64,000 bases of DNA from a virus (Duplodnaviria; Caudoviricetes). Position 1 is the first letter of the stretch; each line of letters begins with the position of its first letter. The position numbers and the translations under genes are program-made. Where the stretch lies: positions 1 to 64,000 of the IMG/VR virus record IMGVR_UViG_3300020045_002727. One strand, written 5' to 3'. The notes below the pieces were generated by a model. It made no database searches. It saw only the letters and a program-made list of their open reading frames with translations, and was not told the DNA's origin. Below are positions 1 through 9,169 of this stretch, in pieces.

Positions 1-2
1 AA

Positions 3-182
3 ACTTTTGAAGAAATTTCAGATAAAGTAGGTGAAAAGTATTCAAGACAAACTTGGGTAGGTGAAAAGTGTAGAGAATATCGATACCTTTCAGCCCTTGA
101 AGCATACATTTGCATGAAAGATGCAAATGTTGAAGGCATAATCGCTTACATGAAAGGTGAGATAACTGATTTAGAACTATAG
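3..182 (+). CDS. 3' end of a hypothetical protein (truncated by window edge)
   Basis: Open frame from position 3 (TFEEISDKVG...DLEL) to TAG at 180-182. Confidence 0.6.
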   Translation, partial: TFEEISDKVGEKYSRQTWVGEKCREYRYLSALEAYICMKDANVEGIIAYMKGEITDLEL

Positions 183-201
183 TTAAAATAGTGTTAAAAA
201 C

Positions 202-232
202 TTGCACAAATCATTAACAATTTATAATTTTG
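202..232 (+). promoter_or_regulatory. Bacteroidota-type sigma70 promoter (TTG-N20-TAnnTTTG)
   Basis: TTGCACA at 202 and TAATTTTG at 225-232; same 20-nt spacer as five other copies. Confidence 0.8.
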
Positions 233-236
233 AACC

Positions 237-740
237 ATGAAAAAAACACTATCATTATTATTATTACTATTCACAATTAGTGTGTTTAGTCAAAGCAAGG
301 TCAGGGTAAATGACAAAGAACACTTCAATGCTTACTTGATTGTTGACCCTTATGCATCTTACAAAGAAAAAGGTTTGAACATCGGTGCTGGAGTTGAATA
401 CGTTGGATTTATCTACGTTGGTGCTTCAACCACAACATTCCCAGTATTAAAAGATGGGTACACTGAACTCATTGGTAGCATTGGACTACCATTAACTTAT
501 GGTTATGACAGCGGCTTTATAGCTTATGTCGGCATTCGAGGTGGTGTTATAAAGAGGGCTGTAATACACCCTACTTTTGGGCTTGAAGGTGGGTTTAACA
601 TAGACCTAGACAGCGATGATGAAAAAGGGTTATACTTAGGACTTAAAGCAACTTATATTTACAGGAGTGACTTTGAGTTTTATGATTACCCTAATGGGTA
701 TCGACCTAGTGGATTTATAGTAATTGGTTTTAAAATATAA
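237..740 (+). CDS. secreted outer-membrane beta-barrel-like protein
   Basis: Signal peptide MKKTLSLLLLLFTISVFS-Q, alternating amphipathic beta strands, C-terminal IVIGFKI strand. Confidence 0.6.
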   Translation: MKKTLSLLLLLFTISVFSQSKVRVNDKEHFNAYLIVDPYASYKEKGLNIGAGVEYVGFIYVGASTTTFPVLKDGYTELIGSIGLPLTYGYDSGFIAYVGIRGGVIKRAVIHPTFGLEGGFNIDLDSDDEKGLYLGLKATYIYRSDFEFYDYPNGYRPSGFIVIGFKI

Positions 741-745
741 ACATA

Positions 746-1228
746 ATGAACACAAATTTAGGTCTTATCCCACTTTCAAACTTTGCAATCTTAGATAAGA
801 AACAAGGTTTGTATCGCTCGGCACAACCGATTTATGGTTATCAATTTGCTTGGTTAAAAGAGCATCTTGGTATCAAGACAATTATTAATTTACGTGAGGA
901 AGCGAACATTGATGAAAGACATTCAGTAGAACATGGTATTAATGTAATGACTATTGCAGTGAGAGACCACAACCCACCAACAATGGAACAAGCTGAAACT
1001 TTCATGAATATTATTAAAGAACCAGCCAATTACCCTTTATTATTTCATTGTCAACATGGTCACGGTAGAACATCTACATTCTGTGTATTAGCTAGGATAG
1101 CAAGAGGATGGACAATGGAAGAGGCTCTGGAAGAAGAGTTAAAAACTTATCAGTATCACTTCAAATATCAATCACAGATACAATTTTTAGAGTATCTTAA
1201 AATAACTTTGGATTATGGAAAACAGTAG
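746..1228 (+). CDS. cysteine-dependent (dual-specificity/tyrosine-type) phosphatase
   Basis: HCQHGHGRTS CX5R P-loop, LYRSAQP N-terminal motif, candidate general-acid Asp in VRDHNPP. Confidence 0.88.
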   Translation: MNTNLGLIPLSNFAILDKKQGLYRSAQPIYGYQFAWLKEHLGIKTIINLREEANIDERHSVEHGINVMTIAVRDHNPPTMEQAETFMNIIKEPANYPLLFHCQHGHGRTSTFCVLARIARGWTMEEALEEELKTYQYHFKYQSQIQFLEYLKITLDYGKQ

Positions 1229-1673
1229 AAAAATTGAGATTATTGATTTAATCATTGACAAATTATCTCGTTCGAGGTTTAAAAATGCAAACGTTAGTGA
1301 CCGATTCTCTGGAATATGTGCAGTTTTAATATCTCTTGATTTATATTGGGAAGAGGATAGAGATTTTGATTTTTTCCTAAAAGAAAACCGACCACAACCA
1401 GATAACAAATGGAAAGACCATTTCATTGAAGGTCATTCAACTACAGCATGGTGGTTTCCACATTCTAATGTTGATGAACGTGTAAAATTCTTACAAGCGT
1501 TGAAGGAATCACTATCACCAAAAACCTTACAAGCCGTTGGCTTCGCTGGTAATCCTTTTCCAACTGGTGAGGTTAAACAACCAACCCCAACCAACCCAGA
1601 TGATTACGGTAAAACACTCACCGATGAGAATGGTCGCTCATATTTACAGACCAAAGAAGGACGAATTTATTAA
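1215..1673 (+). CDS. hypothetical protein
   Basis: ORF track; overlaps the phosphatase stop in operon fashion. Confidence 0.7.
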   Translation: MENSRKIEIIDLIIDKLSRSRFKNANVSDRFSGICAVLISLDLYWEEDRDFDFFLKENRPQPDNKWKDHFIEGHSTTAWWFPHSNVDERVKFLQALKESLSPKTLQAVGFAGNPFPTGEVKQPTPTNPDDYGKTLTDENGRSYLQTKEGRIY

Positions 1674-1710
1674 TTACAAACATATTTATCAATTTTTAAT
1701 TTTAATTATT

Positions 1711-2010
1711 ATGAACGCAGAAATTACAACACCTTATGACCACAACTCTAACAACCGTTTTGAAGCGGTCGGAATCGCAAATCCAGAAGAGTTAGGGGAA
1801 AGAAATGAAAAGTTTGTTTCAGAGTTAAATGACAGCAAGTCAACTGTTAGAGAGGGTCAATTCACTTTCTCAGAAATCGTAGAACATGCTGAAAAGACTT
1901 TCAACAAAAGAGAGTTAGCTGTAGTGTTTACTGACATAATGTTACAAACATCTAACACTCAACAACCTAGTATGGAAGACTTTTTAAGAGGTTTAGCCGC
2001 TGAAAGGTAA
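1711..2010 (+). CDS. hypothetical protein (start revised to MNAEITT)
   Basis: The longer 1537 start overlaps the previous gene; ATG at 1711 follows an AT-rich leader. Confidence 0.65.
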   Translation: MNAEITTPYDHNSNNRFEAVGIANPEELGERNEKFVSELNDSKSTVREGQFTFSEIVEHAEKTFNKRELAVVFTDIMLQTSNTQQPSMEDFLRGLAAER

Positions 2011-2016
2011 AACATC

Positions 2017-2060
2017 ACCCTTATTGGATATTTTGGAGGTTCGATTCCTCCAAAGGGTCT
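2017..2060 (+). ncRNA. isolated tRNA-like minihelix (acceptor-like stem plus T arm only)
   Basis: ACCCTT/AAGGGT stem enclosing an 11-12 nt linker and GGAGG-TTCGATT-CCTCC. Confidence 0.5.
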
Positions 2061-2238
2061 AAATCTTATATAAACATGACACAATTTCAAGACGAACACA
2101 GTACAGCTATTGAAGCTAAAGGATTAGTACCACAGAAAATTAGTACAAACTATTTAATTGTGGGTAAACACAGGTTGAAGTATTTAACTCAAGCTGCTAG
2201 AGATAGAGATTATGCTCGGCAGTTGAAAAACACGTAAC

Positions 2239-2448
2239 ATGGAAACAAAAGTATATTACAGAGTTAGACCAGAACATTTTGGTTATGCTCCAGAAGATTT
2301 TGAAAATTTTACAGATGCTTTAAATAAAGCAAATGAAAGAAACGCACTACGTCCAGCAGATTGTGGTCACCCTGTGAATACAGTCTACAAAGGAGATAAT
2401 TGTAAGTTACAAAAAGTGACAATAACAATTGAAGAGTTAACTGTTTAA
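2239..2448 (+). CDS. hypothetical protein
   Basis: ORF track, co-oriented early block. Confidence 0.6.
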   Translation: METKVYYRVRPEHFGYAPEDFENFTDALNKANERNALRPADCGHPVNTVYKGDNCKLQKVTITIEELTV

Positions 2449-2545
2449 ACCTCACTATCATGGGAATTATTATGATTGTTTTGATTCAAGGTTCAGTATT
2501 TATAATACTACATAAAATAACGTCTAACAAATAAAAACTAACATT

Positions 2546-2821
2546 ATGATATTAAAGAAACTAGATGTCAGTAGAGCAGTGTGTGACCACTTACTGTCTG
2601 AAAATCACAAAGAAAGTCACAGAATGACTGTCGGTATAATCGTTGTATTCGCTGGTGTAGCAATATCAAAGATTCACACTCCTTTCACTATAGTCCACTT
2701 AATGTTGGATGCAGGTGGTTATTTTATTCACGCTATCGGTAGTATCCCGTTCATTGAGCATATCTCAAATACACTCAAAGAGAAAAAGGAAGAAGTTAAT
2801 AATGAATCAAAACAATCATGA
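2546..2821 (+). CDS. small membrane protein
   Basis: Two hydrophobic segments. Confidence 0.6.
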   Translation: MILKKLDVSRAVCDHLLSENHKESHRMTVGIIVVFAGVAISKIHTPFTIVHLMLDAGGYFIHAIGSIPFIEHISNTLKEKKEEVNNESKQS

Positions 2822-3195
2822 GAAATATTAAAATCAAAAACCTCGATGCTCCAGTGCCTTTGAAAATTAGGTTGAAAGTTTATGAGGAAGCTATTAAATT
2901 CATTCAAGAGAACCCTACTAAGTCTGTTGAGAGAGAAAATAAAGGTACAGGGTTGTGTTTATTATTACCGTGCTTATTATGGGGATTAAAAAGATATTCA
3001 TATGATACTCCTTCTGGAGAGATATGGTGGTATAGGGATGTAATAATAGCATTCCCAGAAGTTAAACAATGGGTTAAAGAGAGTGGTAAGACTGGAATAT
3101 TATACTCCAAAAAAGACCCAGATAGAATAAAAGTATTACAAGAAGCCATAAGAACTGTTAAAACCCTCATCGAAAATGAAGAATATAACGTTTAG
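2818..3195 (+). CDS. hypothetical protein
   Basis: ATGA overlap with upstream gene. Confidence 0.65.
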   Translation: MRNIKIKNLDAPVPLKIRLKVYEEAIKFIQENPTKSVERENKGTGLCLLLPCLLWGLKRYSYDTPSGEIWWYRDVIIAFPEVKQWVKESGKTGILYSKKDPDRIKVLQEAIRTVKTLIENEEYNV

Positions 3196-3356
3196 TCAAT
3201 GGTCTAAATGGTTCATATTATCTTGTATAATATCAATCATTTTATTCTTGATTTGTACATCAATACATGTCAATGAGTTTGTAATTTCATTATTCTTCAT
3301 ATCAGTAGTTAATTTAGTAATTTGTACCTACGAAGGTCTTTAAAACAATCACTATC

Positions 3357-3764
3357 ATGACAAATTTACAACGAGTACAATTATTACTCAAACACATTTC
3401 AGCATCTGTTATGGGTAAAACAATAAAACTCACAGCAAAACCAGACCAAATCAGTCAATTTTTTACAATGATTGATGAAGATTTTGAACCACGAGTTTAC
3501 ATTCAAGCCATCTATGAATCACCATGTCAAAAAACTGGTGAAGTGAGTGAATGGAAAGGACGTAAACATTATCTATCTGACTACATGACCGATGATGAAG
3601 TAGTTAAAACAGCTTATGTAGCTGTTAAAATGGCTGTAGAACATGAAGTCATGGAAGGGTTTAAGTTTGATGGGAAGACGGTTTTCAATCCTCATGTAAA
3701 TTATGAAGACTTATTGAGTGTATCTGACAAAGAGGTAACTAGAAAACCACATTTTAAATCATGA
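3357..3764 (+). CDS. conserved phage hypothetical protein
   Basis: WKGRKHYLS...EHEVMEGFKFDG...FNPH pattern familiar from phage hypotheticals. Confidence 0.7.
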   Translation: MTNLQRVQLLLKHISASVMGKTIKLTAKPDQISQFFTMIDEDFEPRVYIQAIYESPCQKTGEVSEWKGRKHYLSDYMTDDEVVKTAYVAVKMAVEHEVMEGFKFDGKTVFNPHVNYEDLLSVSDKEVTRKPHFKS

Positions 3765-4057
3765 CAAAGAAACAAAAACAAAAGTGGCTTGATGAAGCCA
3801 AAAAAAGAGGATTTATTTCAGGTACTTATTTTATAAGTGCTAACGGTGTAAGCGACTGCTTATGTTTAGGTGAATTATTAGTTAAGTACACTGATGATAA
3901 AAGTAGTGAAGAATATCCTTTCAATGGTGATATAGTATCAACATCTGGATATGGTTTAATTTATGATGCTGAAACAGAAACTTGGGGAGCATTAGTAAAT
4001 GAAAAATTAATCGGTAGTGGAATCACTGGAATTAACGCTAGGAGAGTTAAATCATAA
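3761..4057 (+). CDS. hypothetical protein
   Basis: ATGA overlap. Confidence 0.65.
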   Translation: MTKKQKQKWLDEAKKRGFISGTYFISANGVSDCLCLGELLVKYTDDKSSEEYPFNGDIVSTSGYGLIYDAETETWGALVNEKLIGSGITGINARRVKS

Positions 4058-4072
4058 ATAAATGTTAATTTA

Positions 4073-4104
4073 TTTGGATATGTTATTGAAAGACAATAAC
4101 TTTG
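4073..4104 (+). promoter_or_regulatory. Bacteroidota-type promoter
   Basis: TTTG at 4073, TAACTTTG at 4097-4104, 20-nt spacer. Confidence 0.75.
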
Positions 4105-4126
4105 TATAATATTTAAAAAGAAACAA

Positions 4127-4618
4127 ATGAAAAATCAAGTAATTAAAGTGCTTAACAAAAAGCATGGTGAAGAAGTAATACAATATTGGAAAGGTTTAGG
4201 TTTTGATACTCGTAGTCTTACAGGACAATGTACAGAGGAAGATGGTAATTATAGTATTTATTATGGTATTATAAATGGTGATTTTAATAACTACAATCTT
4301 AATGAAGTTAAAAATGCAAATGCTGAAATCATTACCACTAACACAATCCAATACCCTAAAGTAATGGAAGTTAGTAATAATAATGGTATTTCTTGGTGTA
4401 AGAGAGTTGTCTTTATGGAGAAAAACGGTGAATTTATTGCTTGGAGTGCTGCTGAAACCCTAGAAGGGGCTGAGAAAAAAACCGAAACAGCATCATGGAG
4501 GCAAGCCCGTGAAATCGAAGTACCTGTTGAACCACAAATCGTTGAACTAACCATTCAAGACATCTCTGATGGTAAGGGCGTGGGTGTCAATCCAGAATTG
4601 ATTAGGATTAAAAAGTAA
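4127..4618 (+). CDS. hypothetical protein
   Basis: ORF directly downstream of promoter. Confidence 0.7.
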   Translation: MKNQVIKVLNKKHGEEVIQYWKGLGFDTRSLTGQCTEEDGNYSIYYGIINGDFNNYNLNEVKNANAEIITTNTIQYPKVMEVSNNNGISWCKRVVFMEKNGEFIAWSAAETLEGAEKKTETASWRQAREIEVPVEPQIVELTIQDISDGKGVGVNPELIRIKK

Positions 4619-4736
4619 AACACAAACCATGCAAACTATAGATGTAATAGGGGTGTCGATATTATTCATCTCCATCCTAGTCATAATAAAAATTCTAAAA
4701 AGATTAGAATTTCTTTAATCATTAAAATCAAATAAA

Positions 4737-5105
4737 ATGTTAGTAAAATTAAACAAAAATGTAGTTCCTGTAGAAGGAGAAGGTAAAAAAGTTAGTGAAA
4801 CTCTTAACATCACTGATGAGCAGTTACAATCATATCAAAAAGATTTTGATGATTTAACACTTGATATTGTAAAATCGATGTCTGGTGATGCTTCTTCAAC
4901 ATTAAAAGATTCAGGTGAAATCTTAGAGAGGTTAAACGAAATGACCCCAGAAGCCTTATTATATGGTGCTTTTTCAGCATTGATGTACATATGTGAGCAA
5001 AATGTAAATCCAATGTCTCAGCTTTTGAATATGATGCAAACAGAAGAGCCAGAGGATAATGTCCCAGTTATTCAACTGAATCCAGACTTTAAACCAGCAG
5101 CATAA
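4737..5105 (+). CDS. hypothetical acidic protein
   Basis: ORF track; stop abuts the PRS-like start. Confidence 0.7.
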   Translation: MLVKLNKNVVPVEGEGKKVSETLNITDEQLQSYQKDFDDLTLDIVKSMSGDASSTLKDSGEILERLNEMTPEALLYGAFSALMYICEQNVNPMSQLLNMMQTEEPEDNVPVIQLNPDFKPAA

Positions 5106-5983
5106 TGAAGACAAGAATATTTGGACTAACCCTTGACCTCGGATTCGAGGTCTTGGATGGTTTAATACCGTTAGAATGTGAAACATTCAATTTCAGCGGT
5201 GGTGAACCACATATAAAGATTACACCACCTGATACAACAGTGACAGTTAATGATGTTGTTGTGATTAGTTCTAGGTATAAGTCTTTTCAAGATTTAGGTT
5301 TAATCGCCCTAGCAGTTGATGCTGTTAGAAGGTTAAATTTTACCAAGGTTTGTTTAGTTCTACCATATCTACCTGCTGCAAGGCAAGATAGAGTTATGGT
5401 AGAAGGTGAATCACTATCACTTCGAGTTGTAACCGACTTCATTAATAGTTTAAAACTACATGATGTTGTTATTTGGGATGCTCACTCTGATGTAGCACCA
5501 GCCCTGTTAGATAATGTCTCTAACATTCAAAACTACTCCTTTGTACGTAGAGTGTTGAGTGACATTCAATCTAAGACGAGACCAGATAACACACCTTTAA
5601 TCATCTCACCTGATGCTGGGTCTAATAAAAAAGCCTATCAATTATGTGAGTATCTAAACATTGATACGGATAAATACCTTGTCAAATGCGATAAACACCG
5701 TAATGTTAAAGATGGTAAGATTGATTCTATCGAAGTTTACGCTGATGACTTAAAAGGTCAGGATTGTCTTATTGTTGATGACATTTGCGATGGTGGTTAT
5801 ACATTTATATTGGCTGCTAAAGCATTGAAAGCTAAAGGTGCTGGGAAGTTGTATTTAGCTGTTACCCACGGAATATTTTCTAAAGGGTTTGATGAATTGA
5901 ATAAACACTTTGATGTGATTTATACTACAAACTCTTTCGATGGTGAAAGAGATGCAAGGGTTGTGGAATTAGAATTTATGTAA
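5105..5983 (+). CDS. prs: ribose-phosphate pyrophosphokinase-like protein
   Basis: FSGGE, PYLPAARQDR, DAHS, SPDAG and IVDDICDGGYT PRPP-binding motifs. Confidence 0.9.
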   Translation: MKTRIFGLTLDLGFEVLDGLIPLECETFNFSGGEPHIKITPPDTTVTVNDVVVISSRYKSFQDLGLIALAVDAVRRLNFTKVCLVLPYLPAARQDRVMVEGESLSLRVVTDFINSLKLHDVVIWDAHSDVAPALLDNVSNIQNYSFVRRVLSDIQSKTRPDNTPLIISPDAGSNKKAYQLCEYLNIDTDKYLVKCDKHRNVKDGKIDSIEVYADDLKGQDCLIVDDICDGGYTFILAAKALKAKGAGKLYLAVTHGIFSKGFDELNKHFDVIYTTNSFDGERDARVVELEFM

Positions 5984-5985
5984 AT

Positions 5986-6378
5986 ATGTACAATATAGCA
6001 ATTAACACAAGTAATCACGAATGGAGCAAACAAAATTTAGTTACTCTAACCAGTAGAAGGGGTGGTTATGACCAAGTAGCTTGTATTCATTGTAAAATGA
6101 AAGGTAAAAGGTTTGGGTTTGAAACTGTGGAAGTATCTGAGACTTATTCAAAACAAAATGTTATGAATTGTCCTAAAGCACCTAAAAAAGAAATACCTAG
6201 AAAAGTCAGAGTCACTCGTTGTACTGCTAATGGTGAAGTATTTTCAAACTTAAAACCTAATTCAGAACACGATGTTATAGAGCCTCCTATAGGTTATAAA
6301 AATGACCAAACTGGAGTTTGGGTTATGGGAGTTGGTGAACCAGTTAAACTATTAACTGGAGAATTTACAGAAATTTAA
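5986..6378 (+). CDS. hypothetical Cys-containing protein
   Basis: CxxC and further Cys residues. Confidence 0.65.
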   Translation: MYNIAINTSNHEWSKQNLVTLTSRRGGYDQVACIHCKMKGKRFGFETVEVSETYSKQNVMNCPKAPKKEIPRKVRVTRCTANGEVFSNLKPNSEHDVIEPPIGYKNDQTGVWVMGVGEPVKLLTGEFTEI

Positions 6379-6390
6379 AAACACAAAACA

Positions 6391-6837
6391 ATGAGTTCAA
6401 AATCAGGAATATACAAGTTTTTCTTCCCAGAAGGTAAAAAATTACCTTTCCCAAAGTTACGCTGGACGATTATGATTATCATCCAAGAGCTAAAGATGTG
6501 CAAGTATAAAGCAGTGTTTAAATACTTTGTTAACCCGTCTTACAAGAGAGATATTAACTTTCTGAGGGATATACTTTCAAAAGGAATTTTAACGTCAGAA
6601 AAGACCTCTATGAGACTTGGAGACATTAACTTTTCACATGAAATCAATTACCCAGAGTGGGTTCAAAAATTAGTTAGGGATTTAAAACAATCACCTAATA
6701 ATTATCAAAGAATTAAAGTGTTTTATACAGAAGAAAAAGGCTGGATTGTTATCGATGGTAATCATAGATTGAAAGCATTAAAAACAGTATCGAATCCTGA
6801 TAAAATTATCAACGTTTTAAAATTAACATACAAATAA
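6391..6837 (+). CDS. ParB/Srx-like domain protein
   Basis: IVIDGNHRLKAL motif. Confidence 0.7.
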   Translation: MSSKSGIYKFFFPEGKKLPFPKLRWTIMIIIQELKMCKYKAVFKYFVNPSYKRDINFLRDILSKGILTSEKTSMRLGDINFSHEINYPEWVQKLVRDLKQSPNNYQRIKVFYTEEKGWIVIDGNHRLKALKTVSNPDKIINVLKLTYK

Positions 6838-6845
6838 ATTTAATT

Positions 6846-7307
6846 ATGATTACAACATTTATAATAGTAGTATTACTATTAATACTAGCTTGTTATGCCG
6901 TAGTAAGGCATTTAGATAAACAAGAAGAAGATGAAGTGAGTTCACAAAGAGATGAGCCATTTTACGAAAGAGAGGTACTTACAGCACCAACTCCAAGAGT
7001 AGGTCAATTTCCAGTTAAGAATAAACCTAGGTGGAGGGATGACACGACTAAAAAGAATTATATAAGTGAATCTAATCCAAATCAAGTAACGGATTTAATG
7101 ATGATTGCAGCGTTAGCTAATGATTCTGTATTTGACCGAAGTCATACAGTAGATGTTCCAGACAGCCCAACCACAGGATTTGAAGGTGGTTTTGGTGGCG
7201 GTGGATTCTCTGGCGGTGGTGGAGGTGGTAGTTGGGGGAGTGATTCTTCCAGTTCATCATCAAGTTGTGATAGTGGGTCTAGTGATTCATCATCAAGTTC
7301 AGATTAA
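6846..7307 (+). CDS. membrane-anchored protein with Gly/Ser-rich tail
   Basis: N-terminal TM helix; C-terminal GFEGGFGGGGFSGGGGGGSW plus SSS/D repeats. Confidence 0.75.
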   Translation: MITTFIIVVLLLILACYAVVRHLDKQEEDEVSSQRDEPFYEREVLTAPTPRVGQFPVKNKPRWRDDTTKKNYISESNPNQVTDLMMIAALANDSVFDRSHTVDVPDSPTTGFEGGFGGGGFSGGGGGGSWGSDSSSSSSSCDSGSSDSSSSSD

Positions 7308-7312
7308 AGCAC

Positions 7313-7344
7313 AAACGAAAAGTTCAGTTGATAGGGAACAATTT
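7313..7344 (+). repeat. 32-nt dispersed repeat, copy 1
   Basis: AAACGAAAAGTTCAGTTGATAGGGAACAATTT; 31/32 identical to 23542-23573. Confidence 0.9.
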
Positions 7345-7366
7345 TTAAACAATTAAATTAAGATAA

Positions 7367-7825
7367 ATGAGACTAGGAAATTATCACGTTAAATTCCAAC
7401 ACAATATGGAATTAGGTCATACTTATGTACAAATCATTGGGGATGACCATCCTTTACCGAAGGCTGAATCATTTGCTGTGAAGCATCCAAATGATACTTT
7501 TAACAAGAAGATTGGTAGGAAGACCGCTTTGAAGAGGGCTTTGGAGAAGACAGAAACATTTGACACAGGTAGAGAACATTTTACAGGAAAAGAGTGGATT
7601 CCAGTAATGGGTACACGACCACTCTTCACCAAAGAAGAAAGAGCTGCAATCTGGAAAGATTACCGTGAAAAGTTTGAAGCTCCAGAACCAGTGTATCATG
7701 TATGTACAGGTGCTGTGAATGAGTTGTTGGAAGCCAAGGATGCAGAGATTGCACACTTGAAAAGTCAACTCTTACTTTTGACATTAAAACATATCGCATT
7801 ATTAACAAATAAATTTAAAGCGTAA
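7367..7825 (+). CDS. hypothetical protein
   Basis: HPNDTFNKKIGRKTALKRA pattern seen in phage hypotheticals. Confidence 0.7.
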   Translation: MRLGNYHVKFQHNMELGHTYVQIIGDDHPLPKAESFAVKHPNDTFNKKIGRKTALKRALEKTETFDTGREHFTGKEWIPVMGTRPLFTKEERAAIWKDYREKFEAPEPVYHVCTGAVNELLEAKDAEIAHLKSQLLLLTLKHIALLTNKFKA

Positions 7826-7826
7826 C

Positions 7827-8153
7827 ATGAAAATATTCAAAAACATTCTCTTATTAACACTACATATAGTGTTATCATTTCTAGGTGGGTTGTTATCAAC
7901 ACATGTCATCATTTCGGTTGGTAATCTATATGATGTCGTATTCATCGAGTCATTGACATTCCTTCAAGTATATGGTATTCACTTTTTAATATCTTTCATT
8001 TTAGCATTACCACTTATGGGACTTATGAAGGACGAAGATAAAGAGTTAAAAGGTTGGAAACGTCCATATACATTACTACTAGCTAAAGTGCTATTTACAC
8101 TATTAATTTGGGGTTATGCATACTTAGCATATCAGGTAATTACAAATTGGTAA
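7827..8153 (+). CDS. small multi-pass membrane protein
   Basis: Three hydrophobic helices. Confidence 0.7.
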   Translation: MKIFKNILLLTLHIVLSFLGGLLSTHVIISVGNLYDVVFIESLTFLQVYGIHFLISFILALPLMGLMKDEDKELKGWKRPYTLLLAKVLFTLLIWGYAYLAYQVITNW

Positions 8154-8178
8154 ACACTAATAATTAAATAATAAGAAC

Positions 8179-8409
8179 ATGAGTCAATTTTTCAGGGATG
8201 CTAATGCATTCGCAAAACAAAGTACAGCGGTACTATCAGTATTCACAAAAACCTTAGCTAAACTAGATAAGTTAAATGTTAAAATGCTGTCAACCAAAGA
8301 TAAAATCAATGCTGAAATTCAATCCAGACAGGATGAAATAGCAATAATTGATAACACTTTGGCTTTAAACAAGAAAGTAGTTAACAATATTTCAAAAATA
8401 GTTAGCTAA
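8179..8409 (+). CDS. small coiled-coil protein
   Basis: Heptad-like composition. Confidence 0.6.
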   Translation: MSQFFRDANAFAKQSTAVLSVFTKTLAKLDKLNVKMLSTKDKINAEIQSRQDEIAIIDNTLALNKKVVNNISKIVS

Positions 8410-8413
8410 AAAC

Positions 8414-8444
8414 TTGCACAGGTCAAAAACTATTATTAACTTTG
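8414..8444 (+). promoter_or_regulatory. Bacteroidota-type promoter at start of replication module
   Basis: TTGCACA at 8414, TAACTTTG at 8437-8444, 20-nt spacer. Confidence 0.8.
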
Positions 8445-8466
8445 CCCTTATAAATTAATCAAGGAC

Positions 8467-8895
8467 ATGTTAGAAGAATTATACAGAGAGGCACTTGGTT
8501 GTAAAACAACAGCCAAGTTTTCCTCTATAAACAGTAAATCAGTTTTATATAAAGGTTTTAAGATGTCTCTAAACTTGGAGACATTTGAATACAATTTATT
8601 AGACATTCGTAAAACAGATTTTTATTCAAGTGTTAATGATAGTGATTTTGCTCTTATAGTAGAGCATGGTTTTATTAAGGGTTGTGATTTAATAATGAAA
8701 CAGAGGGATGAAGAAAGAATTAAATCCTACACTAGGAGACTTGAAAAGCTATACACACTCAAAGCAGAGTACAAAAAAGATGTAATTAAAAACAAAAAAA
8801 GACTTGGTATTTGTGAGGCTAATATCTCTGAAACAATAGATTTGTTATTCTTCTATAAAGCTAGGTTAATTCAAAACAAAGAGAAGTATGAATAG
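8467..8895 (+). CDS. hypothetical protein
   Basis: ORF downstream of promoter. Confidence 0.7.
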   Translation: MLEELYREALGCKTTAKFSSINSKSVLYKGFKMSLNLETFEYNLLDIRKTDFYSSVNDSDFALIVEHGFIKGCDLIMKQRDEERIKSYTRRLEKLYTLKAEYKKDVIKNKKRLGICEANISETIDLLFFYKARLIQNKEKYE

Positions 8896-9163
8896 AAGTC
8901 AAGTAGAACCCACTTACATCTACATGGGGTTCATAGGTGAACAAAGAGTAGCAAGAATACCATTGTATGATGTTGGTGAGATTATTAAAAGAACCAAGCA
9001 AGGTTGGGTGGTATCAACAAGAGAAGCGTGGGAACGTTTCCAGAATGGTTCTAAAAGAATATTTATTAGGACAGAATATCCAACAGGAAGTGGAAAGTTT
9101 ATTTTCAGTCATGTTGTGTATCCACCAAGTGTTTTTAGAAAGAGTAAAACAAAAATTAAATAA
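8888..9163 (+). CDS. hypothetical protein
   Basis: Overlapping start/stop. Confidence 0.65.
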   Translation: MNRSQVEPTYIYMGFIGEQRVARIPLYDVGEIIKRTKQGWVVSTREAWERFQNGSKRIFIRTEYPTGSGKFIFSHVVYPPSVFRKSKTKIK

Positions 9164-9169
9164 TTTTTT

